NCBI GenBank assembly: GCA_014380625.1
Contig: JACMJL010000185.1
Span: 1,896-65,895 of the forward strand
Direction: 5' to 3'
From: Clostridiaceae bacterium
GTDB lineage: Bacteria > Bacillota > Clostridia > Clostridiales > Clostridiaceae
DNA length: 64,000 bases
Each line of letters starts with the position of its first letter. The first letter of the stretch is position 1. This document shows positions 1 to 10,680 of the stretch, one piece after another. The notes beneath the pieces were generated by a model. That model saw nothing but the letters and a program-made list of their open reading frames with translations, had not been told where the DNA came from and ran no database searches. The translations under genes were made by a program, and so were the position numbers.

Positions 1-1200
1 ATATTCTTTTGGTGAAAACATATCGCCAATTCCCATATCATGAGTAAAAGAAATACCACCTTTATAATTATTACCATGAATGTCCTTAACACTATCTATA
101 TAAGAATATCTACTTAAATATAAATCTAGATTGTTTTTTACAGTCCAAGGATGGAATTTAAGTTCTAGAAACATTTGATCAATAGTGAGGTCAAAGGTAT
201 TCATCATTAGATATTCACCTTCATTAACTACCCATACATATTCATTTTTGTTGTTTATAAGTAACTCTGTATTTGCATAATATGAATGGGTTGCTTGGGA
301 AACATTAAACCTACGGTATTCGTTAAGGCCACTAGCTAACAATTCATTATCTCTAGTTTCAGCCTCCGAAAAAAACAGATCCTGTTTTTCTAAAGCAAAT
401 TCCAATACCTCCTCAAGGTTTTTAAAGTATTTAGCATATCCGAAACTAGCATCCATTCCACTTGTTATGCAGCCTTCACGATATGCAGCTAAAGCTATGA
501 CAAAGCTTTTTTTAGTACCTGCTGGTACCTTCATAGTCAAAGCTACCTCAGTTCCAAGCTTATTAGAACTCCTCTCACCCTTAGCAATGTAATCAGGTAC
601 TGCCCACCCTATTGATTCTTCAATAGAGTCTTCGCTTCTACAAGCGAAGCCAAATCGTCTATCTCTTGCACCACCTAATAATTCATTGTTAGTGGTTTCA
701 GAAAGAAGTCTTCCTACTCCTTCCACACCAAAAACTAATAAGACCTCCTCATCACCAGAAGTATTATCAAAACTAATTTCTCCAAAAATTGCTGGTAGTA
801 AAGCTAATTTAATTTCATTATCAGTCATTTCCGCTGGATTTTTTACTTCTTTAAATGCAGTAATTAGCTTAAACTCCAAATCCCCAGTTTTAAAAGTATC
901 TGAAGCCCAGTTTAACTCTCTTGAGATGGACTCCTCATTAATTACTTGAACCGTCCCTACTTTTTCATTTGAAGTAGGGACTTCATTTATAACAAATTGA
1001 TCCTCTTGACGCTCTCTTCTTTCGAAGTATGGCATCAAATTTAGGTTCTCATTTTTTTTCTTATACCCAATATATATATTATTATTGGGTGACTTAACAT
1101 CGTTTAGAACAAAACCACCCTTAGCACCTTCTTTTCCCATGATAAAACTAAAGTAAGAACCAAAAGCACTATGATGAGTATTATAAAATTTACTTTCCAT
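1..1200 (-). CDS. glycoside hydrolase family 52 (beta-xylosidase-like), N-terminal 400 codons; gene runs off the left window edge
   Basis: The frame is open to position 1. ATG at 1198-1200 is preceded by GGGGAGG (about 1210-1216). My translation starts MESKFYNTHHSAFGSYFSF and contains YVWVVNEGEYLMMNTFDLTIDQMFLELKFHPWTVKNN and GGISFTHDMG, which I recognise as GH52 (Geobacillus XynB2-type) signatures. It is absent from the ORF track because there is no in-window stop. Confidence 0.7.
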   Translation of the reverse strand, partial: MESKFYNTHHSAFGSYFSFIMGKEGAKGGFVLNDVKSPNNNIYIGYKKKNENLNLMPYFERRERQEDQFVINEVPTSNEKVGTVQVINEESISRELNWASDTFKTGDLEFKLITAFKEVKNPAEMTDNEIKLALLPAIFGEISFDNTSGDEEVLLVFGVEGVGRLLSETTNNELLGGARDRRFGFACRSEDSIEESIGWAVPDYIAKGERSSNKLGTEVALTMKVPAGTKKSFVIALAAYREGCITSGMDASFGYAKYFKNLEEVLEFALEKQDLFFSEAETRDNELLASGLNEYRRFNVSQATHSYYANTELLINNKNEYVWVVNEGEYLMMNTFDLTIDQMFLELKFHPWTVKNNLDLYLSRYSYIDSVKDIHGNNYKGGISFTHDMGIGDMFSPKEY

Positions 1201-1224
1201 TTATATCGTCCTCCCCTAAAAAAC

Positions 1225-3663
1225 TTAGATGCCCAAAATTACCTCTACCTTATGTTCACAGCCATCTCCAAACAGGGGAAGTAACTTTTGATTAATAATT
1301 ATCCCATCTACTTTAATTGACTTTACACCCTTAGAAACATGCTCTGAATTTATAATCTTAATATTATAGGTATCACCTCTATAAACTCTTATAATTTCGA
1401 AGCCATCCCACTCTGTTGGGATACACGGTTCAATGCTAAGTCCATCGTATTCAGGTTTAATTCCCAGTATCCATTGAGTAATTGCAAAGTAATTCCATGC
1501 TGCTGTTCCTGTAAGCCAAGAATTTTTAGCCTCTCCATGTCTTATTGCATCTTTTCCTGCTACCATCTGTGAATAAACATAAGGTTCTGTTCTATGAATT
1601 TCGCTTATTTCCTCAACATATGCAGGCGCAATCTTTTTATATACCTCAAAAGCCCTATCTCCTCTACCTAAAACCGTTTCAGCTATCATGATCCATGGGT
1701 TATTGTGACAGAAAATACCTCCATTCTCCTTATATCCTGGTGGATACGAGCTAATCTCACCTATATTTAGATGATATTTGCTATAGGATGGGGATTGAAG
1801 CACTATACCATATTTAGTATCTAATCTTTCCTTTACAGAATCTAAGGCCTTTAATGCTAAGCCTTCTTCAACGCCAATACCTGCCATTACGCAGAAACCT
1901 TGGGATTCTATATATATCTGACCTTCTGTATTTTCTTTACTGCCTATTTTATTTCCAAAGGCATCATAAGCTCTTAAAAACCAATCTCCATCAAACCCTT
2001 TTTCTATAACGACTTTTCTCATTTGGTCAATGTGCCCCTGGGCCATTATAGCATCATCCTTTAATCCACTTCTCTTGCATAACTCTACATATTCTGGTCC
2101 AATAAATACAAACATTCCTGCTATAAGAACAGATTCTGCAACCCTTCCATCTGGATCTCCAAAGGTTTGAAAAGACTCATCGGGCTCTGATGAGAAACAA
2201 TTAAGGTTTAAACAATCGTTCCAGTCAGCCCTTCCGATTAAAGGAAGTCCGTTAGGTCCCAGATTGTTTATAACATGATAAAACGAACGTTTTAAATGCT
2301 CCATAAGTGTATCTTTTATATTGACATCACAGTTGAAAGACACGTGTTCATTTAATATATTAAAATCCCCTGTTTCTTTTATATAGGCAGCGGTTCCTAA
2401 GATTAGCCATAATGGATCATCATTAAAACCTCCTCCAACTTCAAAGTTTCCCTTCTTAGTTAAAGGTTGATATTGATGATATGCCCCACCATCTTCAAAT
2501 TGTGTAGCGGCTATATCTAATATCCTCTCTCTTGCTCTTTCAGGAATTTGATGCACAAATCCAAGTAAATCCTGATTAGAATCTCTAAAGCCCATGCCTC
2601 TTCCAATTCCAGACTCAAAATAGGATGCGCTTCTAGACATATTAAAGGTTACCATACACTGATAAGGGTTCCATATATTCACCATACGGTTTAACTTATC
2701 ATCTGTACTATTTATATTATATTTTGACAATAAGTTTAGCCAATATTTACTTAAGGCTTGTAATCCTGCTTCTACTTGAAGGTCAGTACTATAGCTATCC
2801 ATCATAACTTTGGCCTTTGCCTTATTAATAATACCAGGACTTTCCCACTTTTCAGCTTCTTCATTTTCTACATATCCAATTATAAAAATTAAGCTTGTCT
2901 CTTCACCCGGCTTAAGTGTTAATACTTTACTGTGAGAAGCTACAGGGGACCATCCACTAGCAACTGAGTTATTAGATTTACCCTGCATAACTGCTTGTGG
3001 TGAATCAAATCCATTATATAATCCTAGAAAGGACTCTCTATCGCTATCAAAGCCATCTATCTCTGTATTAGCTGAATAAAATGAATAATGATTACGTCTT
3101 TCTCTATATTCCGTCTTATGATAAATCACAGAATTATCTATTTCAACTTCACCAGTACTAAAGTTCCTCTGAAAGTTAGTCATATCGTCATAAGCATTCC
3201 ATAAACAGAATTCAATAAATGAAAAAATAGTAATTTCCTTAGGATAACTTGAAGTGTTCTTTATTTTAAGTCTATTAACTTCGCCCTTATACTCTAAAGG
3301 TACAAACATTAATTGTTCTACTTCAATACCATTTCTTTCACTTTTAATCTTAGTGTATCCAAGTCCATGTCTACATTCATAAGAATCTAATTCTGCTTTT
3401 ACTGGCATACATCCTGGGGTCCACACGTCTCCACCATCATTTATATAATAATACCTTCCCCCATTATCAACAGGTGCACTGTTATACCTATATCTAGTTA
3501 GTCTTCGTAGTCGTGCATCCTTATAAAAACAATAACCTCCACCAGTGTTTGAAACTAGTGAGAAAAAGTCCTCTGTTCCAAGATAATTAATCCATGGATA
3601 CGGAGTCTTTGGTGTAGTAATAACATATTCCCTTTTAAAATCATCAAAATATCCAAATTTCAT
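1225..3663 (-). CDS. cbp: cellobiose phosphorylase (GH94)
   Basis: 812 aa. [62 protein letters not shown] and [12 protein letters not shown] match, nearly end to end, the Clostridium thermocellum Cbp sequence as I recall it. There are 24 nt to the GH52 gene, so they are probably one operon. Confidence 0.9.
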   Translation of the reverse strand: MKFGYFDDFKREYVITTPKTPYPWINYLGTEDFFSLVSNTGGGYCFYKDARLRRLTRYRYNSAPVDNGGRYYYINDGGDVWTPGCMPVKAELDSYECRHGLGYTKIKSERNGIEVEQLMFVPLEYKGEVNRLKIKNTSSYPKEITIFSFIEFCLWNAYDDMTNFQRNFSTGEVEIDNSVIYHKTEYRERRNHYSFYSANTEIDGFDSDRESFLGLYNGFDSPQAVMQGKSNNSVASGWSPVASHSKVLTLKPGEETSLIFIIGYVENEEAEKWESPGIINKAKAKVMMDSYSTDLQVEAGLQALSKYWLNLLSKYNINSTDDKLNRMVNIWNPYQCMVTFNMSRSASYFESGIGRGMGFRDSNQDLLGFVHQIPERARERILDIAATQFEDGGAYHQYQPLTKKGNFEVGGGFNDDPLWLILGTAAYIKETGDFNILNEHVSFNCDVNIKDTLMEHLKRSFYHVINNLGPNGLPLIGRADWNDCLNLNCFSSEPDESFQTFGDPDGRVAESVLIAGMFVFIGPEYVELCKRSGLKDDAIMAQGHIDQMRKVVIEKGFDGDWFLRAYDAFGNKIGSKENTEGQIYIESQGFCVMAGIGVEEGLALKALDSVKERLDTKYGIVLQSPSYSKYHLNIGEISSYPPGYKENGGIFCHNNPWIMIAETVLGRGDRAFEVYKKIAPAYVEEISEIHRTEPYVYSQMVAGKDAIRHGEAKNSWLTGTAAWNYFAITQWILGIKPEYDGLSIEPCIPTEWDGFEIIRVYRGDTYNIKIINSEHVSKGVKSIKVDGIIINQKLLPLFGDGCEHKVEVILGI

Positions 3664-3772
3664 TGTTTTGCCCCTCCCTATATTGGTACTACTCTATTTT
3701 ATATAAAATGTTTAAATTTATCAATTATCATAATAGCTTAAATTAGCCCTATCCCTTACATTACATTTAATT

Positions 3773-3782
3773 AACGCGCGTT
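3773..3782. promoter_or_regulatory. GC-rich perfect palindrome AACGCGCGTT, candidate operator upstream of cbp
   Basis: 10-bp perfect palindrome centred 114 bp upstream of the cbp start. An identical 11-mer, AACGCGCGTTT, recurs at 9493-9503. Confidence 0.3.
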
Positions 3783-3826
3783 TTTAGGTTTTTATATACC
3801 TTTTCAGATTTGTTTTAAAAATGTAT

Positions 3827-4711
3827 TCATAACCTCTTATGCTGTAAAGGTAATTTAATTATTATTTGTCCGTTTTCCATCTCTACTTTTAATTTGTTCT
3901 TACCCGTCAGCCCTAATTTTTCAAGATATTCTTTAGGTATTTGGAGTCTGCCAGCTTTATCTACTACCACAAGCTCTTCTTTTTCTACCTCTTCCACAAA
4001 ATTATTCTCTGTACCCTCAAGTTCTTCTTTATAGGATTTTCTGATAAATTCGCTGCTTGTACGACCATCTCTTATTGCAACTACACGATTTACTTTTTTC
4101 GAAAGTCTTAAATCATGTGTAACGATTATAATTGTCACACCCATATTTTTATTTAAATCTCTAAATACGTCCATAACCATATCCGAGGTTTTAGAATCAA
4201 CTGCACCAGTTGGTTCGTCTGCTAAGAGTAATTTAGGTTTATTTGCTAAAGCAATAGCCATAGTAATTCTCTGCTGTTCTCCTCCGGATAGTTGATTAAG
4301 TCTACTATTTTTTCTATGCAACATTCCAACTGCATCTAACAAATCTAAAGCCCTATTTCTATCTACTTTCCCTGTAAGAAACATTGGCAATTCTACATTT
4401 TCCACTGCAGTCAAATATGGAATTAAATTTCTTGCATTATTTTGCCACATGAAGCCTACAGTTTCCCTTCTATACCTTATCATTTGTTTCTCATTAGCCT
4501 TTAAAAGATCCTTTCCATCCACAACTAATGTACCTGCAGAAGGCCTATCAAGTCCACCCAACATATTTAGTAAGGTAGATTTTCCACTTCCACTGCTGCC
4601 AATTATGGCCATGAACTCTCCGTCTTCTACTGTAAGGTCCAGACCTTGAAGAGCTACTACTTCAATTTCTCCAGTTTTAAATATTTTAACAAGATTATCA
4701 CAGATTACCAC
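3827..4711 (-). CDS. ABC transporter ATP-binding protein (MacB/LolD-like) with C-terminal SpoVT/AbrB-like tail
   Basis: Walker A GSSGSGKST, signature LSGGEQQR, Walker B LLLADEPTGAVD, H-loop THD. The last ~48 aa (VVVDKAGRLQIPKEYLEKLGLTGKNKLKVEMENGQIIIKLP) look like a swapped-hairpin AbrB/SpoVT domain. Confidence 0.85.
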   Translation of the reverse strand: MVICDNLVKIFKTGEIEVVALQGLDLTVEDGEFMAIIGSSGSGKSTLLNMLGGLDRPSAGTLVVDGKDLLKANEKQMIRYRRETVGFMWQNNARNLIPYLTAVENVELPMFLTGKVDRNRALDLLDAVGMLHRKNSRLNQLSGGEQQRITMAIALANKPKLLLADEPTGAVDSKTSDMVMDVFRDLNKNMGVTIIIVTHDLRLSKKVNRVVAIRDGRTSSEFIRKSYKEELEGTENNFVEEVEKEELVVVDKAGRLQIPKEYLEKLGLTGKNKLKVEMENGQIIIKLPLQHKRL

Positions 4712-4726
4712 TGCAGATTGCCTCCC

Positions 4727-5413
4727 CTATAAACTATAATTATCAATAATTTGTCCATCCTCAAGAGTATAAACTTGATCCGCTAACTCCATCATGTTTG
4801 GATCATGAGTAGTCATTACCACTGTAATACCTTCATTTTCTACTAGTTCTCTAAATAACTTCATAACTTGAATAGCCATATGAGTATCAAGCTCTGCTGT
4901 AGGTTCATCTGCAAACACAACTTTAGGTCTATGGACAATAGCTCTTGCTATGGCTACCCTTTGCTGTTCTCCTCCTGATAATTCACTAGGTCTATGATTC
5001 ATCCTTTTATGAAGTCCAACCTTAGCTAGACACTCCTCTACTCGCGCTCTTCGTTCCTTAGGTTTTATCCCAAGTAACCTTAATGGGAGCTCAACATTTT
5101 CATAGGCAGACATTAAAGAAATTAAAGCAAAAGATTGAAATACAAAGCCCATTGAATCTCTTCTTAATTTATCTTGCACACCCTCAGTAAGATTTGTAAT
5201 TTCGACTTTATTAAAAAACACTTTACCTCCTGTAGGTTTATCTAAAGCGCCTAGTACATTAATTAAGGTAGTTTTTCCTGAACCAGAACGTCCCCTAAGT
5301 ATTGTTAAGGTATTAGTTTCTATACTTAAGGTAACTTCTCTTAGCGCATAAATAATATCTTTACCAGTTTTAAACTCACGATTCACGCCTTCAGCAGTTA
5401 TAATTGGAGCCAT
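4727..5413 (-). CDS. ABC transporter ATP-binding protein (MacB/LolD-like)
   Basis: 228 aa. [39 protein letters not shown]. Lies 1 nt after the permease stop. Confidence 0.9.
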   Translation of the reverse strand: MAPIITAEGVNREFKTGKDIIYALREVTLSIETNTLTILRGRSGSGKTTLINVLGALDKPTGGKVFFNKVEITNLTEGVQDKLRRDSMGFVFQSFALISLMSAYENVELPLRLLGIKPKERRARVEECLAKVGLHKRMNHRPSELSGGEQQRVAIARAIVHRPKVVFADEPTAELDTHMAIQVMKLFRELVENEGITVVMTTHDPNMMELADQVYTLEDGQIIDNYSL

Positions 5414-5414
5414 A

Positions 5415-8366
5415 CTAATCCTCTCCTAACTTTATTACATTACTTATTTTAATCTTTGAAAGCATATAAATTAATACACCTAAACCTAAAACAACTGTGA
5501 ATCCAATAAAAGAATATACTTTAACCATATCACTAGCATAAGAAATTACTCTAAAGGGAGGAACCTGTGAATTCCCACTAAAGGTTAATTGGAAAAATGG
5601 TACAAAGACATTACTTGTTACAAAACCTATAATAACTCCCAAAAGCATTGCAATCCCAGAAGTTAATAATTGTTCCCACATAATCATAATTTTTAACTGA
5701 AGAGAAGTAAGCCCCATTGCCCTTAAAACTCCAAATTGAAGAGATCTAGCTTTAAGTGATAACACCCAATACAAAACAAATCCCATAAAGCAAATTATTC
5801 CACATATAATAAAACCCATTGTTAAGGACCCATTTATTGCAAGTTCAAAGGGATCATTTTTAAGTTTTATGATTTCTTGCTTTGAATCAGAAAGCTTATC
5901 AGGTATGAGTTTGTTTACTTTTAAACTATCATATACTATTTTACTGGTAGCATTAGGTTTCATCTTAAGCCAAACCTTATAGGGTTCAACACCAATGTTG
6001 CTTTGAACATAGGACAAGTTACTCACTATTAACATAGGTTCTTTAAAGCTTTTACCCGCCTGACCATTTGCTAGTTCATTAGGATTAAAAGTTGGCCAGT
6101 AATCTATAATGCCGTAAACATTAAATATTACGCCTTTATTTTCGTTCCAATCAGCCACTATATTATCACCTACATTTATATTACAGTTTTTACTTATAGA
6201 TTTTGAAATCAAGCAGGCACTAGGTTCTCCAGATAATAAATTTAGATATTCATTAATATGATGAGGCATTAGTCCATCTCTAAACCAAGCAACTTGGCCA
6301 AAATCATAAGGATCAATGGCCATTATATTTATACCTTCGAATTTTTTTCCATTGATGCCCATTCCTACTTTATCATTTGTAAATACCTTTGTAGCATGTT
6401 CTACTCCATTTAAGTTTGTATACGGATTGAAAGAAGGTTCATAATACAATATTTTATTGTTTTGGATAGTATCACTTTCCTTTGGACTAACTACTGGTAT
6501 TGCCACTGCACCTCCAAGTGAGGGATTTTTTGCAACCCAAGTATTATCAATTACAATGTGGGCTCCATTAGTATACATAATCTTTTCTTCAGCATTTTTA
6601 TTAATAGTTCTAGCAGAATTTGCACTAAATATGCCTACAGATAGAGTCAACATCAAAAATATCATTAAGAAATCATAACTTCTTGTTGACCTTCCAACTT
6701 GAATCAATGCCGTATAGAGAGATGGTGGCCAAAACTTTTTTCCCATGAAATAAATTAGCTTAATTATAAAAGGATATATTCTTAAAAATAAAAGTCCCAC
6801 CCCGATTATAAAAAGTACAGGGACTATAAAAAATAAGGGGTCAATACTCATATCAAGCGCTGAAATTCCAGTGTTTTTAATAATATTTTGCCTTTGAATA
6901 AAGTTATAGTAACCATACCCTGCTATTGCAAGTAATAAAAAATCAAAGAAGAATTTCTCCCAAAGAGGCTGCCCTGACCTTCTACCGATTCTTTGCTTAT
7001 AGCCTACAATATTTGTTTTATTTGCTTTATATGCCGGAATAATTAATGTAGTCATAAATACAAATATGGATATTAGGACATAGAGATAAGAAACCAAATT
7101 AATACTTGTATCTAGTGGTTTTCTATCTACGAACTCAAGAAACCCACTGGATGCACCTAAAAGTTTACAAATAAAATAACCTAGAAAGGGCCCAATTATA
7201 ATAGCCATAATACTAAGGAAAACCCCTTCTACAAAGTACCCAAAAACAACTTGATATTTTTCTGCACCTCTACTTGATAATAGTGCAATTTCGTTTCTCT
7301 CCCTCTCGATTATAAGTCCCGAAATCATGAACATATAAAGGCAGAGTATTACAATTACAGGAACATTTAAAGACCACATCATATTGATAATTTGTTGCTT
7401 TTTATCTACATATTGTCCAAGTATACTAAGTACTGGAACTTCAACAACTATCTCCTTGTCAATATCATGAAGTCCACTATTTATATTTTGTATATTTCTT
7501 ACAAAATCATCAAGTTTGTTTATAGTTATGGAATGATAATCAATAGCATAAAACCATGTGGCTTTTTTTACTTGCGTGGGACCCTTTTTAATTAAATCAT
7601 TCAACATAGTAGCTTCATCTAAAATCATACTTTCTTCCAGAGATATAGGTTTTACGTAAGCCCAATAAGGATCCTTCAGTTCCAAAATATCATAGGTACC
7701 CACTGGCTTCACTTTAATACTCCCAAATCCAAACTTTCTTGGATCCCCCAGAATATATACCTTTCCCAAGGTTACATTTAACTTATTTAGGGCTAAATCT
7801 GATACTAAAACCTCATAAACTCCATCACTAGTTTTAACCGGAAACCTTCCATCTAAAATTTTTATATGTTCATTAAAACCAGTGAAGGATTCTAATTTAG
7901 AAAAGCTATTTACTTGGCTATCACCTTGTTTAAAATTGTCCCGGACTAAGGTTCTTGGATCTGTTGAGTAGTTCGCAAAATTAACCTTCATTTTAATGCC
8001 TAGTTTTGACGATATATTCTCTTTAGAATATTTATCTAACTCATTAAATTCTTTTAATCTTTGCATATATGCAGTATTAACACTTTCATACGTAAACATA
8101 GATTTATCAATTTTATTAATTGCATTAATTGCAGAATCTAAGTCCACATCACTGGGGTAATAAGAAATCATAAATGTGCCTGGAAACTTATCTTGCTTAA
8201 CCTGAAAACTTTCCATATCCTTTATTAAAAGTCTTTGAAGAGCCCCATCCGTATACATAGGAATTGAGCTTAATAGTGCTGCCGAAATTAAAAGCCCTAT
8301 GGCAAGAAAGAAAACAAAGACTCTATTTTTCACCATTTTCCTCAGAATCATTCTTAAGAGTGTCAT
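5415..8366 (-). CDS. large FtsX-family ABC permease (two FtsX/MacB-type 4-TM modules with big extracytoplasmic domains)
   Basis: 983 aa with an N-terminal TM segment. Two FtsX-like blocks (..LSSRGAEKYQVVFGYFVEG.. and ..LKARSLQFGVLRAMGLTSLQLKIMIMWEQL..), each preceded by a long soluble segment. Confidence 0.8.
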   Translation of the reverse strand: MTLLRMILRKMVKNRVFVFFLAIGLLISAALLSSIPMYTDGALQRLLIKDMESFQVKQDKFPGTFMISYYPSDVDLDSAINAINKIDKSMFTYESVNTAYMQRLKEFNELDKYSKENISSKLGIKMKVNFANYSTDPRTLVRDNFKQGDSQVNSFSKLESFTGFNEHIKILDGRFPVKTSDGVYEVLVSDLALNKLNVTLGKVYILGDPRKFGFGSIKVKPVGTYDILELKDPYWAYVKPISLEESMILDEATMLNDLIKKGPTQVKKATWFYAIDYHSITINKLDDFVRNIQNINSGLHDIDKEIVVEVPVLSILGQYVDKKQQIINMMWSLNVPVIVILCLYMFMISGLIIERERNEIALLSSRGAEKYQVVFGYFVEGVFLSIMAIIIGPFLGYFICKLLGASSGFLEFVDRKPLDTSINLVSYLYVLISIFVFMTTLIIPAYKANKTNIVGYKQRIGRRSGQPLWEKFFFDFLLLAIAGYGYYNFIQRQNIIKNTGISALDMSIDPLFFIVPVLFIIGVGLLFLRIYPFIIKLIYFMGKKFWPPSLYTALIQVGRSTRSYDFLMIFLMLTLSVGIFSANSARTINKNAEEKIMYTNGAHIVIDNTWVAKNPSLGGAVAIPVVSPKESDTIQNNKILYYEPSFNPYTNLNGVEHATKVFTNDKVGMGINGKKFEGINIMAIDPYDFGQVAWFRDGLMPHHINEYLNLLSGEPSACLISKSISKNCNINVGDNIVADWNENKGVIFNVYGIIDYWPTFNPNELANGQAGKSFKEPMLIVSNLSYVQSNIGVEPYKVWLKMKPNATSKIVYDSLKVNKLIPDKLSDSKQEIIKLKNDPFELAINGSLTMGFIICGIICFMGFVLYWVLSLKARSLQFGVLRAMGLTSLQLKIMIMWEQLLTSGIAMLLGVIIGFVTSNVFVPFFQLTFSGNSQVPPFRVISYASDMVKVYSFIGFTVVLGLGVLIYMLSKIKISNVIKLGED

Positions 8367-8379
8367 AATATATCCCTTC

Positions 8380-9393
8380 CTAATTCACGATTATATTTTG
8401 TCCTTCATTCACACCAGAGATTATTTCAATTTGAGCAGGTGTCTCAATACCAGTTTCCACAGTTAGTTCTTTTTTACTAGTTCCATCCCAAGTCTCTACT
8501 GATCTTGTATTGGAAAAAACCTTCACTGCATTCTTAGGTATTACTAATGTATTATTCTTAGTCTCAAGGGCAACTTCAATATTAGCAAAATCTCCTATCT
8601 TGACTCCGGTTGGCATGTTTATAAACCTTATACTCACTCCATTTTTAGCTGTTTCATCTTTTGTCAGTTGAGAACTGGCAGGGGTTGATATTATAACGCC
8701 CTCTAGTTTTTGATCATTTACGTTTACCTTTGCTTTCATCCCTATATTTAGATTCTGTATATCTTTTGAGTTACAATATACCATAAGATTTTTAGGATCA
8801 CCCACTGTAACTATGGTTTTATACGGATCCACATTTTCTCCATCTTTAATATTTTCCACAAAAATAACTTGTCCACTAATAGGGGAAATTAATCTTGATG
8901 ATTGCTGTTGACCTCTCAAATCATCTAATTTAGTTTTCTCAATGAGTAATCTTAATCTAAGCTTCTCAAGATCACTTGGACTTGCCCCAGCTTTACCTTT
9001 AATGTCATTGTAGTCGATTTCATTAAGTTGAACATTATATGCTTGAATTTTCACTTGAGTATCGATATTACCAGCTTCAGTCTCCACTAAAATGTCACCT
9101 TTCTTAACAATATCTCCGACTTTCACATTAATATGTTTAACTCGCTTTGAATTATCCTTAAAATAGACTGAGTTTAGTGCTGCTGATATTAATGTCCCAT
9201 TTCCTGTAAATTTCTTTTCAATTGTACCCTTACTAATCTTGTAAAGTTTATATTCTTGTTTTTTAGGTGCTATAAGGGGTGGTGCTAAAGCGGTTTCTTC
9301 CTTAGGGAAAATACCACATCCAGAAGATAAACCCACTATTAATGAAATAATAGCTAAAATAGAAAATATGCTTTTAAACTTAGAACAAATCAT
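8380..9393 (-). CDS. HlyD/MFP-type periplasmic adaptor lipoprotein
   Basis: 337 aa. Lipobox LSSGC at residues 22-26, lipoyl-like motif VKVGDIVKKGDILVE, a coiled-coil stretch and a beta-barrel C-terminus. First gene of the 4-gene ABC operon. Confidence 0.8.
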   Translation of the reverse strand: MICSKFKSIFSILAIISLIVGLSSGCGIFPKEETALAPPLIAPKKQEYKLYKISKGTIEKKFTGNGTLISAALNSVYFKDNSKRVKHINVKVGDIVKKGDILVETEAGNIDTQVKIQAYNVQLNEIDYNDIKGKAGASPSDLEKLRLRLLIEKTKLDDLRGQQQSSRLISPISGQVIFVENIKDGENVDPYKTIVTVGDPKNLMVYCNSKDIQNLNIGMKAKVNVNDQKLEGVIISTPASSQLTKDETAKNGVSIRFINMPTGVKIGDFANIEVALETKNNTLVIPKNAVKVFSNTRSVETWDGTSKKELTVETGIETPAQIEIISGVNEGQNIIVN

Positions 9394-9492
9394 TTTAATA
9401 ATCCTCCCATTGAATAATTAATATGTTTTAATTTTATTTCAGATGACGCCAAAATACTGCAATATTCACTCTTTTAATATATTCAGAACGTG

Positions 9493-9502
9493 AACGCGCG
9501 TT
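9493..9502. promoter_or_regulatory. second copy of palindrome AACGCGCGTT, candidate operator upstream of the ABC operon
   Basis: Centred 104 bp upstream of the adaptor start at 9393. Same 11-mer as at 3773-3783. Confidence 0.3.
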
Positions 9503-9571
9503 TATATTGCTAATTATACTTGAAAATGAGAGTAATATCTATAGTTATTTACCAATTTTTATATACCTAAA

Positions 9572-9620
9572 GAAAAAAAGAGACAACCTCAAAATAAAAT
9601 TAATTATTTTGAGGTTGTCT
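9572..9620 (-). terminator. rho-independent terminator of recR
   Basis: 17-bp perfect stem AGACAACCTCAAAATAA/TTATTTTGAGGTTGTCT (9581-9620), followed on the minus strand by T7 (9573-9579). Starts 12 nt after the recR stop. Confidence 0.85.
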
Positions 9621-9631
9621 TCTTTAACGAA

Positions 9632-10228
9632 CTATATTTCTCTTCGACCTTCAAGAGCCTTTGATAAGGTAACCTCATCAGCATACTCTAAGTCTCCACC
9701 AACTGGAATACCGTGAGCTATTCTAGTTACTTTTACTCCTAAGGGCTTTAGAATTCTTGATATATACATTGCTGTAGCTTCACCCTCTACATTAGGGTTA
9801 GTTGCAACAATTACTTCCTTTATGTCTGAGGTCATTCTAGAAACAAGTTCTTTTAGTTTAATATCATTTGGCCCTCTTCCAGCCATTGGTGAAATAGTTC
9901 CATGAAGCACATGATATGTTCCATTAAATTCCCTTACTCGCTCTAAGGACATTATATCCTTAGGTTCTGCAATAACACATATAGTTGTTTTATCACGACT
10001 AGGGTTGCTACAAATAGCGCAGGGATCTGAATCTGTAAAATTACCACAAATAGAGCAATATTTAATAGTGCCTCTAGCCTTTACAAGAGCCTTAGCAAAT
10101 TCCTGAACCTGATCACTTGGCAAGTTTAGCACATGTATAGTTAATCTTTGTGCTGTTTTATGTCCGATCCCTGGAAGTTTTGCAAACTCCTCTATAAGCT
10201 TTTCAATTGCTACAGGATAAAAATCCAC
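9632..10228 (-). CDS. recR: recombination protein RecR
   Basis: 198 aa. HhH N-terminus [13 protein letters not shown]4 zinc finger [18 protein letters not shown], Toprim segment. Confidence 0.95.
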   Translation of the reverse strand: MDFYPVAIEKLIEEFAKLPGIGHKTAQRLTIHVLNLPSDQVQEFAKALVKARGTIKYCSICGNFTDSDPCAICSNPSRDKTTICVIAEPKDIMSLERVREFNGTYHVLHGTISPMAGRGPNDIKLKELVSRMTSDIKEVIVATNPNVEGEATAMYISRILKPLGVKVTRIAHGIPVGGDLEYADEVTLSKALEGRREI

Positions 10229-10242
10229 TTAAATCCACCTCA

Positions 10243-10584
10243 TTAAAATAAGCCCGGCATATTCATTCCACCAGTTACTTTTTTCATCTGACTTTCAGAT
10301 TCGCTTTCAGCTTTTTTCATAGCTTCATTACAAGCACTTAATATTAAATCTTGAAGCATTTCCACATCTTCTGGATCAACCACTTCAGGCTTAATTTTAA
10401 TGTCCACAAGTTGTTTGCTACCATTAACAAATGCTTCAACAGCTCCACCGCCTACAGCTGCAGAAAATATCTTATTTGCTAATTCCTTTTGATTTTCCTC
10501 CATTTGTTGTTGCATCTTCTGTGCTTGTTTAAGAAGATTGTTCATATTTCCTCCACCCATTCCTGGGAATCCGCCTTTTGCCAT
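10243..10584 (-). CDS. ybaB: YbaB/EbfC nucleoid-associated protein
   Basis: 113 aa. [18 protein letters not shown].. and the conserved dnaX-ybaB-recR synteny. Confidence 0.9.
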   Translation of the reverse strand: MAKGGFPGMGGGNMNNLLKQAQKMQQQMEENQKELANKIFSAAVGGGAVEAFVNGSKQLVDIKIKPEVVDPEDVEMLQDLILSACNEAMKKAESESESQMKKVTGGMNMPGLF

Positions 10585-10680
10585 AATACTATACTTCCTT
10601 TCATCTCATACATTTAAATTTAAATTATTCTTTATATAAAAATTATTATACACTAAATAAAGAAGATTTTACATATCTTA

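Noticed and set aside
686-949. Short ORFs antisense to, or out of frame within, long well-supported genes. Examples: 686-949, 4449-4649, 6457-6678, 7392-7595, 11022-11222, 15417-15662, 17347-17676, 17415-17597, 17857-18108, 20814-20999, 24308-24493, 27842-28033, 29454-30242, 31105-31662, 33985-34197, 35714-36262, 38244-38957, 40359-40964, 42453-42677, 44497-45192, 45646-46194, 48471-48770, 50676-50861, 53011-54028, 54595-54937, 56951-57214, 60325-60546 and 61134-61564.
   Set aside because: These are shadow ORFs of the kind expected in AT-rich coding DNA. They have no RBS, give low-complexity or hydrophobic translations with no recognisable motifs, and are fully overlapped by genes with strong homology signals.
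9507-9716. 69-aa ORF with a TTG start between the ABC operon and recR.
   Set aside because: It runs through the recR terminator hairpin and into the 3' end of recR on the opposite strand, and it has no RBS.
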